DNA of 64,000 nt from a virus. Position numbers and translations under genes: made by a program. Position 1 is the first letter of the stretch, and every line of letters begins with the position of its first letter. Positions 26,705 through 37,538 of the stretch are shown piece by piece. The notes under the pieces were generated by a model. The model did not search any database. It saw only the letters and a list, made by a program, of their open reading frames with translations, and had not been told where the DNA came from. The stretch lies in IMG/VR virus record IMGVR_UViG_3300032285_004186. One strand, given 5' to 3'.

Positions 26705-27190
26705 CTACTCTTTTTTACCGGGAACGACAACCATTAATTTATTGACATCCCTTTCTTGAGCAGGGTTTATCCCTTCAAAACTAGAAGCTAAATCCATGTG
26801 AAAGGCCAATTTAGCATCTAAGTCTTTTACAGCTCCTAAAATTTTAGTAGCATATGCTATTAAAGAATCTAATTTCTTTTTTTGTTTATTATCTATGGCT
26901 GTATTAAGTTGCAAACAATTTTCCATTTTATTAGTCGCTGTAAGTAGACTCATAAAGCCTTCTACTAGATCATCAGAAACTGTTTGGAGAGGCCATGGCA
27001 TATCCGGGGTTTGTTCTTTTGGGGGTCCTACTGGCGGAAACAACGGATTTCCTTTTTGATAAGGAAAGTTATAACCATATTGATTACTTTGAGGGCCCCA
27101 GTCTTTTCGAGGAGCATCACTATAACCTCCATAACTGGGGTTATTATAAAGACCATCTAAGGCTTCATTTAATGCTTTCTGTAGATCCAT
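26705..27190 (-). CDS. Hypothetical protein
   Basis: 161 aa, MDLQKALNEA start. Confidence 0.6.
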   Translation of the reverse strand: MDLQKALNEALDGLYNNPSYGGYSDAPRKDWGPQSNQYGYNFPYQKGNPLFPPVGPPKEQTPDMPWPLQTVSDDLVEGFMSLLTATNKMENCLQLNTAIDNKQKKKLDSLIAYATKILGAVKDLDAKLAFHMDLASSFEGINPAQERDVNKLMVVVPGKKE

Positions 27191-27191
27191 A

Positions 27192-27380
27192 TTAACTTAA
27201 TTTTCCAATTCTGACCCTGTTGCCACAACGTCCACAATTCCATTTAATTAATTTTTCAGATTGTTTGGTTCTAGGATCAACATTTTCAAAAACTTGTCCT
27301 TGGACATGTGCACCACAAAAAGTGCAAGCAATAGGTTTATTGGCTAAAGTTTGATATTCTGGTTTTTTCTGATTGCTCAT
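27192..27380 (-). CDS. Small zinc-ribbon protein (62 aa)
   Basis: CTFCG...WNCGRCG; ATG 27380 lies 7 nt after TAAATA (27388-27393). Confidence 0.65.
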   Translation of the reverse strand: MSNQKKPEYQTLANKPIACTFCGAHVQGQVFENVDPRTKQSEKLIKWNCGRCGNRVRIGKLS

Positions 27381-27405
27381 ATTTGAATATTTAGAGGTAA
27401 AAGGG

Positions 27406-28206
27406 TTAATTGCTCGGAAACATTTCTCGATGAGAATCATAAGCTTCTAATTTTTCAACTACAAACTTAACAAATTCTGACCTTACAATATCATCTTTAG
27501 TAAAAGCAAAATGATGAACTCCGTGCTCTTTACTAACTTCATCATTAAACATCTTACACATTTTACTAAATCCACCACATTTACCTTGCGGTAAATCTGA
27601 TTGATAAGGATCTCCTAAAAAGATAATTTTAGAAAATTCACCTAAACGTGTAATAGTGGTTACCAATTCTTTATATGTAATATTTTGACATTCATCTACT
27701 ATGATTACTTTAGCTGGCCAATGTAAACCTCTAATATAATTTACCGGCATTGCATTAACTCTTTTATCAGCGTGTAATCTTTTAATGGTACCTGCATCTA
27801 AAAATTCTTCCATTTTTTCTGAAAATGGTGCCATATAAGCTTCAAATTTTTCATCTATAGTGCCAGGTAAATAGCCAATTTTACTGTCAGCACTTTCAAC
27901 AGCACTTCTAACAAATATAATATCAGATGCTTTTTTTAATTTTAATAATTGTAAACCGGCATAAACTGCTGTGCTGGTTTTAGAACATCCAGCAGGGCCT
28001 TCTATAAAGACACATTTAGTGGTTTTATTTAATAAAAGAGCTATGAGTTCTTTTTGTTTATCTGTCCACGGTAAAGATCTACAATTAAAATCAAAATTAA
28101 TTTTGTCTCTTTGAAACACTCTTGGTGATGTATCCTTTGTATGTTCAGTGTTATCCAACACTTCTTCATTCATTGGCCGACTTTTAGAACGGGGTTTTTT
28201 TCCCAT
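27406..28206 (-). CDS. phoH: PhoH-like ATPase
   Basis: EGPAGCSKT, IGYLPG, YIRG, IIVDECQN, TRLGEFSK, GDPYQSD, DIVRS. Confidence 0.92.
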   Translation of the reverse strand: MGKKPRSKSRPMNEEVLDNTEHTKDTSPRVFQRDKINFDFNCRSLPWTDKQKELIALLLNKTTKCVFIEGPAGCSKTSTAVYAGLQLLKLKKASDIIFVRSAVESADSKIGYLPGTIDEKFEAYMAPFSEKMEEFLDAGTIKRLHADKRVNAMPVNYIRGLHWPAKVIIVDECQNITYKELVTTITRLGEFSKIIFLGDPYQSDLPQGKCGGFSKMCKMFNDEVSKEHGVHHFAFTKDDIVRSEFVKFVVEKLEAYDSHREMFPSN

Positions 28207-28231
28207 GTTACAAATACTTATCCAATTTCCT

Positions 28232-28624
28232 CTACGGAATCATTGGTACATTACTACTAGGAGTATTATTTTTAGAAATTCCGGGTTCAGATCCAGAAGC
28301 ATCAGCTGTTTGTGCTTGTGCTTGTGTTGGAGTAGTTATGGTGGAGGAACTTTGACCTCCATTAGAACTAGAACCAGCTTGATATGCATCAAAAGCAGCT
28401 TTAGTGGCTGGATCCATGGATCCAGCTGACTGGGGCATGATACCAGATTGTGTAGCTGAATTTTTTGCATATGTACTATAAGCATCAGCTATTCTTTTTT
28501 GATCATCGGGGCTCAATTTTAAAAAATTTTGTATAGGTGCGTGAAGAGAATCTGACGATGTGTTTGAGCTATAATCTTCCAGTTGAAGAAGGGTTTTTTT
28601 AATAATGTCATCAAATAATTTCAT
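28232..28624 (-). CDS. Hypothetical protein with Ser/Thr/Gln-rich tail, putative head-internal protein
   Basis: MKLFDDIIKKTLLQLED; TAAATA 5 nt upstream. Confidence 0.6.
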   Translation of the reverse strand: MKLFDDIIKKTLLQLEDYSSNTSSDSLHAPIQNFLKLSPDDQKRIADAYSTYAKNSATQSGIMPQSAGSMDPATKAAFDAYQAGSSSNGGQSSSTITTPTQAQAQTADASGSEPGISKNNTPSSNVPMIP

Positions 28625-28696
28625 AAGATTATTTAGGGTAAAGGAAGTGTATTCACGATAGAGGCCCTGAAACTGGATAAATATTTCATAATTTTT

Positions 28697-31174
28697 ATGT
28701 CAACAAGAACTATAGCTTCACCCGGTGTTCAGATTACAGAAATAGATAAATCTCAAATTTTACGCAATCCTGCAGGAACAAATGTGTTCATGACAGGTTT
28801 TGCCTCTCAAGGACCTACTGATGAAGTAGTTGTTATTGGCAGTGTTTCAGAATTTGAATCTACTTTTGGTACACCTACTAATGAAGCTGAAAGATACCTA
28901 TATCATTCTGCTAGACAGGTTTTAACACAATCTCCAGCTAATTTAAAGGTTACCAGAATGGCTTATGGTTCTGGCTCTGGGATTGGTTTTGGTAATTCTT
29001 ATAGCGCTTTGGTGTTTCCGGTTAAGGGATATACAGAAACTTTAAATGTTCCAGTTTTGAGTGGTTATCAATTAAATTTTACAGTTTCTTCGTCTTTGAC
29101 CTCTGAACATACACCGGTTTTAGCCTTTTCAGATTATACATCTTCAGTCAATAAATATGGATTTACACATTACATTCATGTAGATACGACCGTAAATGGT
29201 GTAACTGGTATTTATGACTTCACCCTTTATCAAGATACCAGTTCTTATTCCTTAACCTATAATACCAGTGCAAAGATTGGAACTCAATCAACTTACACCT
29301 CAGCTTCTTATACAGAAGCAAATTATTATGAAATTCAATCTCCTTATTCTATTTTATTAACAGAAGAAGAGTATCAATCTGTAATTTCAAATGATGTAGA
29401 GTGGTCTGACGCTTATATTCCGAGTCGAATTACAAATGTTGCAAATCTTAAATATGGTGGCATAGTAGTATTAAATCCTACAAAAGTCACTGTAGATGAT
29501 ATACATCAAGGTTATTATATAGCATTAGCAGATAATGTAGAAAATAATCCTGGTTCAAATTTTACAAGTGTCACCGGAGTTCGAGCAGTTTTACAGACAT
29601 CTGATAATTTACATCAAGAATTTACACAAATACCTTCTAGTCGTCTTAATTTTGCATTGAGTGGTTCTTATTTAAATTCATCTGTTAATATTTCTAAGAT
29701 TATAGAACAATACCCGACTGGGTATGATTTTGGTTCTTCTTTTTATAATGATAGTTTGTCCTTATTATCTTTTAAACTAAGAACTTCTATATATGCCCAG
29801 GATACTGTAACCTTAGATTATGTATTGCAAGAAGGCTATACCGGTTCTTTGTATATTAATAAAACTCAAAATAATCCTAGAGGTGGAAGTCCGGTAACTT
29901 TTGCTTTAGAAAAATTAGCAAATGGAAATTCTAGAGCATCAGACGTTAAAGTGTTGGTTAACCCGGTCATTTCTAGTACAGGTTCTTGGGTGGCTGATAA
30001 CGGCTCTCCTCAAAAGAAAGTCCGTGTAGCAAACGCTGCTAAAAATTTATATTCTTTAGGGGTTTATTCTTCTAATACAGATATTACTAGTAAAGATCTT
30101 GGCAATGTTCCTTTAAAATTACAAAGAATTTTAAACAGATTGGATGATCAAGATGAAGAAATAGATCTTCTACCAGAAGCTGGTTTGGGTACTATTTGGA
30201 CTGGAGCAGTTGTTAAAAAAGCAGATATGTATCCAGCAGACAAATCTGATGGAAATTATTATTTTGATGAAAAATATCCAATTAGCTCAATTCTTTTATC
30301 TGAATTAAAAAATCAGACAACGGGCAATGAAAGTGTTTTAAAACAAAATTATGATTCAATTGTTCAGCAATTTTACACATTTGCCGAAAAAACCCGCATG
30401 GATCATTTGTTTATACCCGATCCTTTAAGATATGTTTTTGTTAATGGTCCAGATTTCAAAACAACTAAAGTTGCTGGTTATAATTTTTCTTTAGATGTAT
30501 TTTGGCCATTAAAAAATTTATTCAGTGATATTTCTTCTAGCTACGGAGCAACATACGGCAATTGGATCAAATATAATGATGTTTATTCTAATCAATTAGT
30601 TTGGTTGCCAAATTCTGGATATGTAGCCGCAGATATTGCTTTCTCTACAGCACTGAACTTCCCGTGGTCTGCTCCGGCTGGTTTCAATAGGGGTGTAATG
30701 ACAAACATTACAGATTTGGCTATTAATCCGACTCAAAAACAAAGAGACTTGTTATATCGTATAAACATTAATCCTATAGCATTTTTTCCAGGAGATGGTT
30801 ATGTGATATATGGACAAAAAACATTAATGAATAAGCCATCAGCTTTTGATAGAATTAATGTGCGTAGATTGTTCTTGTATTTAGAAAAGTCTGCAAAATC
30901 ATTCTTGAAACAATATGTTTTTGAACCTAACACATTTGCTACTAGATCTCGTTTAATTAATGCTTTGTCTCCTATATTTAACCAAGCTAAAGTAAATGAT
31001 GGTTTGTATGATTATAAAATTATTTGCGACGAAAGAAATAATACACCAGATGTAATAGACAACAATGAATTAAAAATTTCAATTTATATTCAACCAGTTA
31101 GAACCGCAGAATTTATTCTAGCGGATTTTGTTGCTACTCGTACTGGGGTAAATTTCAACGAAATCACATCTTAA
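28697..31174 (+). CDS. Tail sheath protein (T4 gp18-like)
   Basis: SPGVQITEIDKS, FPWSAPAGFNRG, QRDLLY, INPI, GQKTL, SAFDRINVRRLF, FEPN, QPVRTAEFI. Confidence 0.95.
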   Translation: MSTRTIASPGVQITEIDKSQILRNPAGTNVFMTGFASQGPTDEVVVIGSVSEFESTFGTPTNEAERYLYHSARQVLTQSPANLKVTRMAYGSGSGIGFGNSYSALVFPVKGYTETLNVPVLSGYQLNFTVSSSLTSEHTPVLAFSDYTSSVNKYGFTHYIHVDTTVNGVTGIYDFTLYQDTSSYSLTYNTSAKIGTQSTYTSASYTEANYYEIQSPYSILLTEEEYQSVISNDVEWSDAYIPSRITNVANLKYGGIVVLNPTKVTVDDIHQGYYIALADNVENNPGSNFTSVTGVRAVLQTSDNLHQEFTQIPSSRLNFALSGSYLNSSVNISKIIEQYPTGYDFGSSFYNDSLSLLSFKLRTSIYAQDTVTLDYVLQEGYTGSLYINKTQNNPRGGSPVTFALEKLANGNSRASDVKVLVNPVISSTGSWVADNGSPQKKVRVANAAKNLYSLGVYSSNTDITSKDLGNVPLKLQRILNRLDDQDEEIDLLPEAGLGTIWTGAVVKKADMYPADKSDGNYYFDEKYPISSILLSELKNQTTGNESVLKQNYDSIVQQFYTFAEKTRMDHLFIPDPLRYVFVNGPDFKTTKVAGYNFSLDVFWPLKNLFSDISSSYGATYGNWIKYNDVYSNQLVWLPNSGYVAADIAFSTALNFPWSAPAGFNRGVMTNITDLAINPTQKQRDLLYRININPIAFFPGDGYVIYGQKTLMNKPSAFDRINVRRLFLYLEKSAKSFLKQYVFEPNTFATRSRLINALSPIFNQAKVNDGLYDYKIICDERNNTPDVIDNNELKISIYIQPVRTAEFILADFVATRTGVNFNEITS

Positions 31175-31191
31175 TTGATAAGTAATATTAT

Positions 31192-31734
31192 ATGGCTGAT
31201 ATATTTTCCAATCAAAACATACAAAATTTTTACCAGACAGCTTATAAGAAAGATTTTGCTCGTAAAAATCTTTTTAGAGTAATAGGTATAGACACTGGAA
31301 TATCTGGATTGACTTTTGATGAAACAGATTTGGTTTATGTAACATCCACATCTTTGCCACAGAGAGCCATTAATAACGTTAAAGTCCCTTTTATGGGAAT
31401 GTCTTTTAATGTGCCCGGGACTGCTAATTATCCAGCCAATGATGCTTGGCATTTAAAATTTAGAATGCCTCAGGACTTGTCCATCAGAGCAAAATTGGAA
31501 GCTTGGTCTCGTATTATTTTTAATGATGCCACTACAACTGGTGCCTATAATTTAAATAATTTAGGAACTGTTTGGTTATCTTTAATGAGTAAAGGAGGTC
31601 AACCTATTCGTAATTACAAATTGATCGGAGCTTATTGTGTGTCTTTAGGTGATTATGCTTTAGATGTTACAGACAGTGGTTCTATTATAGAACAAGACGT
31701 AACCTTTGCTTATCAGTATTGGGAAAATTTTTAA
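31192..31734 (+). CDS. Tail tube protein (gp19-like)
   Basis: FARKNLFRV, SLPQR, VPFMG..FNVPG, QDVTFAYQYW; follows the sheath gene. Confidence 0.85.
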   Translation: MADIFSNQNIQNFYQTAYKKDFARKNLFRVIGIDTGISGLTFDETDLVYVTSTSLPQRAINNVKVPFMGMSFNVPGTANYPANDAWHLKFRMPQDLSIRAKLEAWSRIIFNDATTTGAYNLNNLGTVWLSLMSKGGQPIRNYKLIGAYCVSLGDYALDVTDSGSIIEQDVTFAYQYWENF

Positions 31735-31760
31735 TTGAGAGTGTAGAATAAGTATTCTAC

Positions 31761-32495
31761 ATGGCATCAAATAATTTTAAATTTGTTTTAGGAGCTACTA
31801 AATCTCCGAGTCCTTATTCTTCTTATTTAAATATTTTAAGCCAATGGCCAACTGCACCGGCATTGGCTACAATGTGGTTTGTGACTTTTAATATAGGCAG
31901 TATACCTGCTTTATTAAACAATCCAGCTTTGTTAGTAAGTGATATGGATTCTGGAGATTTTTTAGATTGGAACATAAGCCAAACTACAGTTGATGCTTTA
32001 TTAACTCCGGAGTTTCAACACCAAGCTCAAAATTTACTAGGTTGTGTTTTTGCTCAACAAATAACTATTCCCGGAGAATCCGTGGCAGTGAGTCAAACTG
32101 GGCTAAATTATGCAGGCTTCTTGACTCCTAATACTGCCAATCAAAGAACATTGAGTAATAAGATAAATGTTACCTTTATGGAAACCAATGCTTCTTTTTG
32201 TGATTTAATTATTCGTCCGTGGTTGGTTTTAGTAAGTCATTATGGCTTAATAGCTAGAGCTCCTAATTCTATTAAAAATGTTAAATGTAACTACATGGAT
32301 GTAGTTCAATTTGCTAAAACAGATCCCTCAGTTACTGCTACTATAAGAAAAATTATAAGATATTGGAATGTGGTACCTACAAATTTAGCAAGTACTACAC
32401 TTTCCCAGTCAGTAGAAGGTTTAAAAAGAAGAGATGCCACATTTGCTTTTGATGGCTATACGGTTTTTGAGGCCGGTACATCTAACATGATGTAA
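31761..32495 (+). CDS. Tail-tube-fold baseplate protein (gp54-like)
   Basis: AQQITIPGE, INVTFMET, IRPW, IIRYWNVVP, ATFAFD; position in the module. Confidence 0.55.
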   Translation: MASNNFKFVLGATKSPSPYSSYLNILSQWPTAPALATMWFVTFNIGSIPALLNNPALLVSDMDSGDFLDWNISQTTVDALLTPEFQHQAQNLLGCVFAQQITIPGESVAVSQTGLNYAGFLTPNTANQRTLSNKINVTFMETNASFCDLIIRPWLVLVSHYGLIARAPNSIKNVKCNYMDVVQFAKTDPSVTATIRKIIRYWNVVPTNLASTTLSQSVEGLKRRDATFAFDGYTVFEAGTSNMM

Positions 32496-32506
32496 ATAAA
32501 TAGACA

Positions 32507-33463
32507 ATGAATCTGTATTTGTATAGTGTTTTAATGCCATTTTCCGGTATTAAAATTTTTTACAGAGAATTAAATTCTAAAGAGCAAATAATTCTTTCCA
32601 AGGCTAATGTAATGTTGCCTTTAGAAGATGAATTCTTAGAAGATTACGGAAGAGTGTTGATGGATGTTGTCTTGGGTTGCATTAAAAATAAAGAAGATTT
32701 TTTAAAATTAAACCTAATAGAATATGTTTTATTCTTGTGCAAACTAAGAATAGTTTCTATAAATGAAGATATAGAATTACAAGTTAAAAATCAAGATGAA
32801 GATTATTTAGAAGAAGATGAAATTAACAATGAACAAAAACAAATTGTTAAATTTACATTAAATTTATCTCATTTTATGCTTCAATTATATGAAGCTAGTA
32901 AAAAAGAATTTGAGAATAGTGAAATTAAAGAAGGGGAAGTATCTATATTTTTAAATTGGCCCTCCATTAAAGATGAAAAATATTTTTTAAAAAACAAAGG
33001 AATGAAATTTGCTTTAGAATCTATTCCTTTGTTTATAGAAAGAATGGAAATATCAAATAAAAATATTAATTTTTTAGATTTTGATCTAGAACAAAAAACA
33101 AATATTTGTGATAGATTGCCGGCTAAATTGCAAAACAAAATACAAGAAAAAATAATAAATTGTATTAAAAAATTTTTAGAAGCTAAATTGTTTAAAGGAA
33201 AGATATCTGAATATTTAAATTTTAATTTTTATGATTTATCTTACCAAAATGTTTTAAGGTTATTATTTTCTGATAATTTAAAAAATATATACCAGGAATA
33301 TTACGTGTTGGCTTCTAGAAACATATCTCCAGCTTATATAGATAATATTACCATAGCAGAAAGAAAGGTATATTTTTCTTTTATAGAAAAAGAAATGTCC
33401 TCTCAAGATAATAATATATCCGGAAATGAAGCTTGGTCTTTTAAAAATGAAGACATGGCTTAA
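32507..33463 (+). CDS. Baseplate hub assembly protein (gp26/gp51-like)
   Basis: KIFYRELNSKEQ, LFLCKLRIVSINE; C-terminal YIDNITIAERKVY. Confidence 0.6.
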   Translation: MNLYLYSVLMPFSGIKIFYRELNSKEQIILSKANVMLPLEDEFLEDYGRVLMDVVLGCIKNKEDFLKLNLIEYVLFLCKLRIVSINEDIELQVKNQDEDYLEEDEINNEQKQIVKFTLNLSHFMLQLYEASKKEFENSEIKEGEVSIFLNWPSIKDEKYFLKNKGMKFALESIPLFIERMEISNKNINFLDFDLEQKTNICDRLPAKLQNKIQEKIINCIKKFLEAKLFKGKISEYLNFNFYDLSYQNVLRLLFSDNLKNIYQEYYVLASRNISPAYIDNITIAERKVYFSFIEKEMSSQDNNISGNEAWSFKNEDMA

Positions 33464-33489
33464 TAGTAACTAATTGCTAATTATTTTAT

Positions 33490-34302
33490 ATGGCAGAAGA
33501 AAATATAAGTTTTAATGATGTTTTAAGTACTCTTGATACATTTACTCAAGATTTATGTGTATTTGAGGCCTGGGTTCCTTCTTTACAAAAAAATGTTACT
33601 ATAAAAGAATTAACAGCCAAACAGCAAAAACAATTATTAAATTTTGTGGTAGATTCGGCAACTAGCTATAAATCTTTTTTTGCCAAACCTTTTTATAATA
33701 TTTTAACAGAAAACTGTAATCTATCTAAACAAGACATAGATAATTTATCATTTATAGACTATACTTCTTTGGCTATTGCTATACGCAAACAGATATCTGA
33801 AACATTAAAAGTAGAATTTACTAATGACTCAGAAACTTATAGTGAAGACATAGCTCTTAATGTTATTTTAGAAAATTTTCAAAATTTAAAGTATCCAGAA
33901 CCACAAGACTTAACAACTACTAAGGAAACCTTGCAAGTTGATTTAAAAATTAAAATTCCTACAATTTTAGATGATGTATTATACTTTGATCATCTACCAA
34001 CTATCAAACGAGGAGATTCTCAAGAAGATGCTCTAAAATTAATAGTAGCAGAGGCTTACATATATGAAACCTCTAAATGTCTATCCGATGTTAGTATAAA
34101 CGGCAAATCTATAAATTATTCTTCTTTGTCTGTAAAGCAGAGATATCAGCTTTTGGAAAGATTACCAGCTACTATATTACAGAAAATTTTATCACAATAC
34201 GCCTCTTGGAGAAAATCTATTGACCAATGTCTAACTGTTGTTAGTTCTCGAAACGATTCTAAGACTCTGGAAATAGATACTTTATTATTTTTAACCTCTT
34301 AA
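33490..34302 (+). CDS. Baseplate hub assembly protein (gp26-like paralogue)
   Basis: WVPSLQKNVTIKELTAKQQKQLL, LSFIDY..LAIAIR. Confidence 0.55.
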   Translation: MAEENISFNDVLSTLDTFTQDLCVFEAWVPSLQKNVTIKELTAKQQKQLLNFVVDSATSYKSFFAKPFYNILTENCNLSKQDIDNLSFIDYTSLAIAIRKQISETLKVEFTNDSETYSEDIALNVILENFQNLKYPEPQDLTTTKETLQVDLKIKIPTILDDVLYFDHLPTIKRGDSQEDALKLIVAEAYIYETSKCLSDVSINGKSINYSSLSVKQRYQLLERLPATILQKILSQYASWRKSIDQCLTVVSSRNDSKTLEIDTLLFLTS

Positions 34303-34328
34303 ACAAATATAGAATCTAAGTATTCTAT

Positions 34329-36059
34329 ATGGGATTGTTTGAAAATAAAGAAGATCATGTCTCTTTAAGTGATGAATATGTGCAATTCTTAAAATCATTT
34401 TCTGTTTCTAAAGAAGAAATAAATGAGCTTAAGAAAGGCATTTATGACTATACAAGATCTATGCATGAAGATTTTGTATCTGTAACTAAGCAATTAACCT
34501 CCAAAGAACCCACAGAATCACAACGCATACGAGCTGATTCTGATAAATCTTCAGATCAAAAAATGATAGATTTAATGTTTCTTGTTGAAAAAAATACAAA
34601 AGACATGGTAAATGGTTTATTTTTATTGAATCACAATCTCGGAATAGTGGGTGGAGAGCAAAAAGGTTTTTCTGATCATCCAGATGAAAGAAAAAAAAAT
34701 AGATACTATGAACCAGATATAGTAGAATCCCTTAAAGCGGCTGCTTATAACATGTCTAGGATTGCAGCTAGACCGGTACAATCTACTATACAAAACACCG
34801 GATCTATTTTAGGGGAATTAATGGGTTTATTATCTTTAGGTAGTTTGGCTGCTGTATTGGGTCCGTTATTTGTAGGACCCTTTTTAAAGTGGTTTGATGA
34901 AAATTTTGGAACAAATTTAAAACAAACTTTAGACAAAGTAATGGCTCCTTTTAAAGGGCTAGAGTCCACTGTTGAACATATAGGAAAGTGGGCGTTTTTA
35001 ATGATAACTCATCCAATGGAGGCTATTAAAACTTTGATGGAAGCTGTTACAGCTCTGGGTAAAGTAATGTGGGGTGCGGTTGAAATGGCTGGTAAAGTGG
35101 CTGGTGCGGGAGTTAAGGCAGTGGGTGCTGGAGTTAAGGCTATAGGTTCTATAGGAGCAAAAAAAACTGCAGAAATAGAAGCCAAGGCCGCAGCTGAAGC
35201 TAGTACTAGAATAGCAGCAGATGTTGCAGCAGCAGAAGCCAAAGTTGGTTCCAAGGTAATTGGAGAGGTTACTGCTAAAGTAGGTGGTGGTATGTTTTCA
35301 AAATTAGTAGGTGGTGCTTTTAAAAAACTTCCAATTGTGGGTTTTTTAATAAGTGCTGGTATAGGTATTAAAAAATTGTATGACGGAGATATTACCAGTG
35401 GAGTATTAAATTTTTTATCAGCAGGGGCGGGTTTATTGGATTTTGTGGTACCTGGTTTGGGCTTGGGTTTATCTTTGCTTATAGACGTATTTGATGCAAA
35501 GCTGGATATAGAATCTAACGGTGATGCTAGTAAAAAAAGTGGTTTAATTTCAAAAGTGTTTACAGATTTAAAAAATACAATATGGGATTCTATATTATCT
35601 TTTTTTAATTATGTAAGTGATACAGTCAAGGGATGGTTGGGTATTAAAGTTTCTAAGTCTCCAGAAAAACCAAAAATACTAGAAGAAAATGCTAAAAATT
35701 TATCTTCTAGTCCAGAAGTATCTAAGTCTTCATCTCCTGTATTAGAAAAATCACCCAGCACTTTAGCAGTTCCGTTGGATTACACTAATCCAGTATTGGA
35801 TAAAAAAATGCAATATGATAAACAAGAACAAAAAACTTTTGAATATCAAAATCAACAAACTACATCTATATTAAAAGAATATATGGATGAAATGATGAAG
35901 GTCTTTAAAGAGTTTTCAGTTCCACCAACTGTTATTAGTAATGTAAGCAATTCTAAACCAGCACCGGCTGGTCCTATTCCAACTCAACGAGATGGAGTAA
36001 AGGATAGTAGAAATGATTACTATTCTAGACAAAGTTATCTCTATAGATCTGGATTTTAA
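34329..36059 (+). CDS. Tape measure / baseplate hub protein (gp29-like)
   Basis: Ala/Gly-rich helical protein, KKLPIVGFLISAGIG; 576 aa is close to T4 gp29 length; position in the module. Confidence 0.65.
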   Translation: MGLFENKEDHVSLSDEYVQFLKSFSVSKEEINELKKGIYDYTRSMHEDFVSVTKQLTSKEPTESQRIRADSDKSSDQKMIDLMFLVEKNTKDMVNGLFLLNHNLGIVGGEQKGFSDHPDERKKNRYYEPDIVESLKAAAYNMSRIAARPVQSTIQNTGSILGELMGLLSLGSLAAVLGPLFVGPFLKWFDENFGTNLKQTLDKVMAPFKGLESTVEHIGKWAFLMITHPMEAIKTLMEAVTALGKVMWGAVEMAGKVAGAGVKAVGAGVKAIGSIGAKKTAEIEAKAAAEASTRIAADVAAAEAKVGSKVIGEVTAKVGGGMFSKLVGGAFKKLPIVGFLISAGIGIKKLYDGDITSGVLNFLSAGAGLLDFVVPGLGLGLSLLIDVFDAKLDIESNGDASKKSGLISKVFTDLKNTIWDSILSFFNYVSDTVKGWLGIKVSKSPEKPKILEENAKNLSSSPEVSKSSSPVLEKSPSTLAVPLDYTNPVLDKKMQYDKQEQKTFEYQNQQTTSILKEYMDEMMKVFKEFSVPPTVISNVSNSKPAPAGPIPTQRDGVKDSRNDYYSRQSYLYRSGF

Positions 36060-36061
36060 TT

Positions 36062-37531
36062 ATGGCTTTTAATTTTTTCTACATAAAAACAAATAATACC
36101 AGTAAATTTTTAGGCAATGAGTCTATAAATTATCCAACCGCCGTAAAAACTGGCGACGGTATACTAGATGTACACGGAAGTTTTCGTTGGAAAAATACTG
36201 GCAATGTAGATGAAGTACCAAAAATTTGCCTCACAGAATATAAATTAAATTACGGAACATGGGTAGCAAATTTAACTCGATTGTGGACTAATATAACTTC
36301 TAATAATAGTAGTTCTATTAAAGGATTTTTATCCAAAGCTTCTTTTGGTGATCCATATCAAAATTTATACATAGGAGAACAAACTGGATTTTATTATAAT
36401 TTACCTTATTTAAAAAACAGTGGTTCTATAAGAGGTGACGGCTTTTCTAATTCTTGGGGTGAAAAGAAAGGTTTAATGGAAACCATAGGTGACACATTTG
36501 CTCCTAACCTTAAGAAGTTAATAGATAATATAGGTGAAAATGTAATAGGTGGATTAACCGGTCAGGGTTGGGGAGCTGAGAAACTTTGGAAATATATAGA
36601 GTCTACAGCCAGAACAGTTACTATATCTTTTCCTCTTTACAATACATATTCTTTAAAAGAAGCTAATGATAATTTTAGTTTTGTAAGCTTATTGGCTTTT
36701 CAAAACATGAAAACAAGAACTTCTTATATGACCTTTTTGCCTCCAAAAGTTTATGTAGTAGATACCATGGATGATGGCGGCATATATATGCCCATTGCTT
36801 ATATTGCAGATTTAAAAATAGAAAGTATAGGTACTTTAAGAAAAATGTCTGACTTCGGAACTGCGGCTGGTGGACTTAATACTACTGGATATCGAATGAT
36901 ACCAGAAGCTTATAAGGTTACCATAGTAATGAAGGAGTTGATACCAGAAAGTACTAATATTATGCAAGGGGTGCTGGGTCAAAATAAAGTTCAGGTTATA
37001 GGCTCTCCTCAAAGCATTACAGCAGCTACGCCAACCAGTAATCCGACTTATAATTTAGATAGTTTTGGATCAAATGGAACAGTTGGTGCTGGAATTAATG
37101 TAGGCTCTCCTACAGATACAGGTATTGTGTCGGTTACTAACAACAATGAAAATAATACAACAAAACCACAAACCTTTTTTAACCCTTTACAAGAAACCCC
37201 CAATTCATTTACTCCAGTAGGTAATATACCAGCAAATTATCAAACTGGCAGTTTTTCAATTCCAGGGGTGCCATCTCGAGAAGTCTTAGACATATTTAAT
37301 AAAGCTGGTGACTCAGCGGCGATAGATGGTGGAATACCTTTTAAGCTTGACGTTACACAAACTAAACCAGATCAGGGTGAAGGTTCAACAACTTTTCAAT
37401 ATAGTGGATCCAAGGAGCAGATAGAATCTGTTAATAAACAACTTCAATCTCTACAATCATCTTCTTCTAAGTCTTCTAAGAAACCTCAAGATTCTAGTCC
37501 AGCAAATTTTAGTTTATTTCCCGGAATGTAA
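36062..37531 (+). CDS. Baseplate/tail tube initiator-like protein with low-complexity C-terminal extension
   Basis: RTVTISFPLYNT, PPKVYVV, MPIAYIADLKIESIG, IPEAYKVTI; lies between the tape measure and LysM genes. Confidence 0.5.
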   Translation: MAFNFFYIKTNNTSKFLGNESINYPTAVKTGDGILDVHGSFRWKNTGNVDEVPKICLTEYKLNYGTWVANLTRLWTNITSNNSSSIKGFLSKASFGDPYQNLYIGEQTGFYYNLPYLKNSGSIRGDGFSNSWGEKKGLMETIGDTFAPNLKKLIDNIGENVIGGLTGQGWGAEKLWKYIESTARTVTISFPLYNTYSLKEANDNFSFVSLLAFQNMKTRTSYMTFLPPKVYVVDTMDDGGIYMPIAYIADLKIESIGTLRKMSDFGTAAGGLNTTGYRMIPEAYKVTIVMKELIPESTNIMQGVLGQNKVQVIGSPQSITAATPTSNPTYNLDSFGSNGTVGAGINVGSPTDTGIVSVTNNNENNTTKPQTFFNPLQETPNSFTPVGNIPANYQTGSFSIPGVPSREVLDIFNKAGDSAAIDGGIPFKLDVTQTKPDQGEGSTTFQYSGSKEQIESVNKQLQSLQSSSSKSSKKPQDSSPANFSLFPGM

Positions 37532-37538
37532 ATAAAAT

